A DNA stretch of 64,000 bases from assembly GCA_026706815.1 (NCBI GenBank), contig JAPOYA010000005.1, positions 2,720 to 66,719 on the forward strand. Direction: 5' to 3'. The stretch's first letter is position 1, and the number at the start of each line of letters is the position of its first letter. The position numbers and the translations under genes are program-made. A model generated the notes under the pieces. It made no database searches. It saw nothing but the letters and a program-made list of their open reading frames with translations, and was not told the DNA's origin. Origin of the DNA: Acidimicrobiaceae bacterium. Lineage in GTDB: Bacteria > Actinomycetota > Acidimicrobiia > Acidimicrobiales > Aldehydirespiratoraceae. Shown here piece by piece: positions 62,959 to 64,000 of the stretch.

Positions 62959-63978
62959 CTAACTGAGCACGTTGTTCGAGTTCCTCGTGGCGCGTCGCCT
63001 AGTCTGGGACAGCGTTGGGTTTGAGGATGGCGCAGCAGGAACAGACGCCGGGGCCGCAGGGTATAGACGTGGGGTGATTACCACCAGGTCGGTAGCTGGT
63101 TGGGATTCGGCGTCGGGAAGCACGGTGACCGAACGGCGGCGGCCAACGACTTGGGCGAGCAGGCGGGCGCCGTCGGGGGTCGCCGCAATCCCCTTGGCGC
63201 GCAGCGTCGCTGGTGGCAAAGCGTCGATCATCGCTTCAAACTCGGCCTGGGTGATGGGCCGGGGCACCGCGACAGTCGCGACTTCGTGTACATCGAACAG
63301 GTTCGCCGGTCCGGTGTCGGCCACTCCACCGGGGCGACGAGTCGCCAAGTCGACAAAAGAGGCAGTCGAAACTGCGTCGTCGCTGTTCAGAATCGGGATG
63401 CCGGGAGCACAATCCCGCAGGATCGAGCGGCTCTTGGCTGCATCACCTGACGATGCGAGGTCGAGTTTGGTGAGGACGAACAGGTCGGCCGCCCTGAGTT
63501 GGGCTGCCACATAATCAGCAGTCACCGGATCATTGCACCGCTCCGGAAACTGATCGGCGTCGACCAGCACCACGACACCGTCCAGCGAAAACCCCGGCGA
63601 GGAGGCCCAAGGCACCACCCGAGCCGGATCGGCAATACCGCTCAGCTCCACAATCACGTGATCAGGAGGAGCCTCCCGTTCCCGCAAGCCGTCGAACGCC
63701 TCCGCCAAACCCCCGGCGAGACTGCAACAGACGCATCCGTCGGTCAATTCAATGGTGTCGCCATGACGACGACGAACCAGCGATGCATCGACGTTCACCG
63801 CACCGACATCGTTCACCAGCACCGCGATCGGCTGATCGGTCCGAGCCAGCACCTCGTTGATGACCGTCGTCTTGCCCGCCCCGAGATACCCCCCAAGCAG
63901 GGTGACCGGCACCCGGCGACCGTCCCAAGGGGCGATTATCCCCAAATCAAGGTCTGCCAAAGGTTCCTCGCTGTCCAC
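62959..63978 (-). CDS. CobW/G3E-family GTPase (zinc metallochaperone-like) with a non-homologous 37-codon C-terminal tail
   Basis: 339-aa ORF with P-loop GGYLGAGKTTVINEVL and the CxCC motif DGCVCCSL. The tail PRLYPAAPASVPAAPSSNPTLSQTRRRATRNSNNVLS begins exactly where the displaced fragment at 60846 ends in ARS-stop. Confidence 0.85.
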   Translation of the reverse strand: MDSEEPLADLDLGIIAPWDGRRVPVTLLGGYLGAGKTTVINEVLARTDQPIAVLVNDVGAVNVDASLVRRRHGDTIELTDGCVCCSLAGGLAEAFDGLREREAPPDHVIVELSGIADPARVVPWASSPGFSLDGVVVLVDADQFPERCNDPVTADYVAAQLRAADLFVLTKLDLASSGDAAKSRSILRDCAPGIPILNSDDAVSTASFVDLATRRPGGVADTGPANLFDVHEVATVAVPRPITQAEFEAMIDALPPATLRAKGIAATPDGARLLAQVVGRRRSVTVLPDAESQPATDLVVITPRLYPAAPASVPAAPSSNPTLSQTRRRATRNSNNVLS

Positions 63979-64000
63979 TTGAATCCCGTTTCCCCGGTCT

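Overview
This 64-kb window comes from a high-GC chromosome whose gene order looks Actinomycetota-like. Taxonomy is inferred only from gene content and order. Positions 1 to about 39.8 kb are mostly core metabolism and housekeeping. They include a hydantoinase/carbamoylase pair, cfa, a glyoxylate shunt (aceA-aceB) with a divergent RamB-like regulator, and phoH-ybeY-CBS-era. They also include a DinG-like helicase, uppS, recO, glyQS, dnaG, metY, an Aap/Bzt-type amino-acid ABC transporter, and a lipoprotein/HlyD-like/MacB-type ABC cluster. Three tRNAs are present (Asn-GTT, Met-CAT, Val-TAC). Small accessory insertions sit in this core: an mcrBC deletion remnant between tRNA-Asn and tRNA-Met, and a DUF222 HNH gene. 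From about 39.9 to 63.2 kb the window becomes a mosaic defence and toxin-antitoxin island. Its contents, in order, are: a DUF4143 ATPase; a decayed copy of an ATPase/RloB module; vapBC; higBA remnants; and a frameshifted NYN gene. Next comes an intact AAA_21 ATPase + RloB + CHAT-like protein + membrane protein operon. A type I R-M operon follows (hsdM with an in-frame amber codon, an embedded unknown gene, hsdS, hsdR, then an HNH + ASCH pair). The island ends with hicBA remnants, phd/doc, and a NYN + Abi_C cassette inserted into the 3' end of a cobW-like gene. The best candidates for undescribed biology are: (1) the four-gene ATPase/RloB/CHAT-like/membrane operon; (2) the unknown gene embedded in the type I R-M operon; (3) a ~60-nt double-hairpin element present three times with compensatory substitutions; and (4) the integrase-less NYN + Abi_C cassette. 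No CRISPR array, rRNA, integrase or transposase was recognised. All family assignments come from motif recognition by eye. No database search was run.
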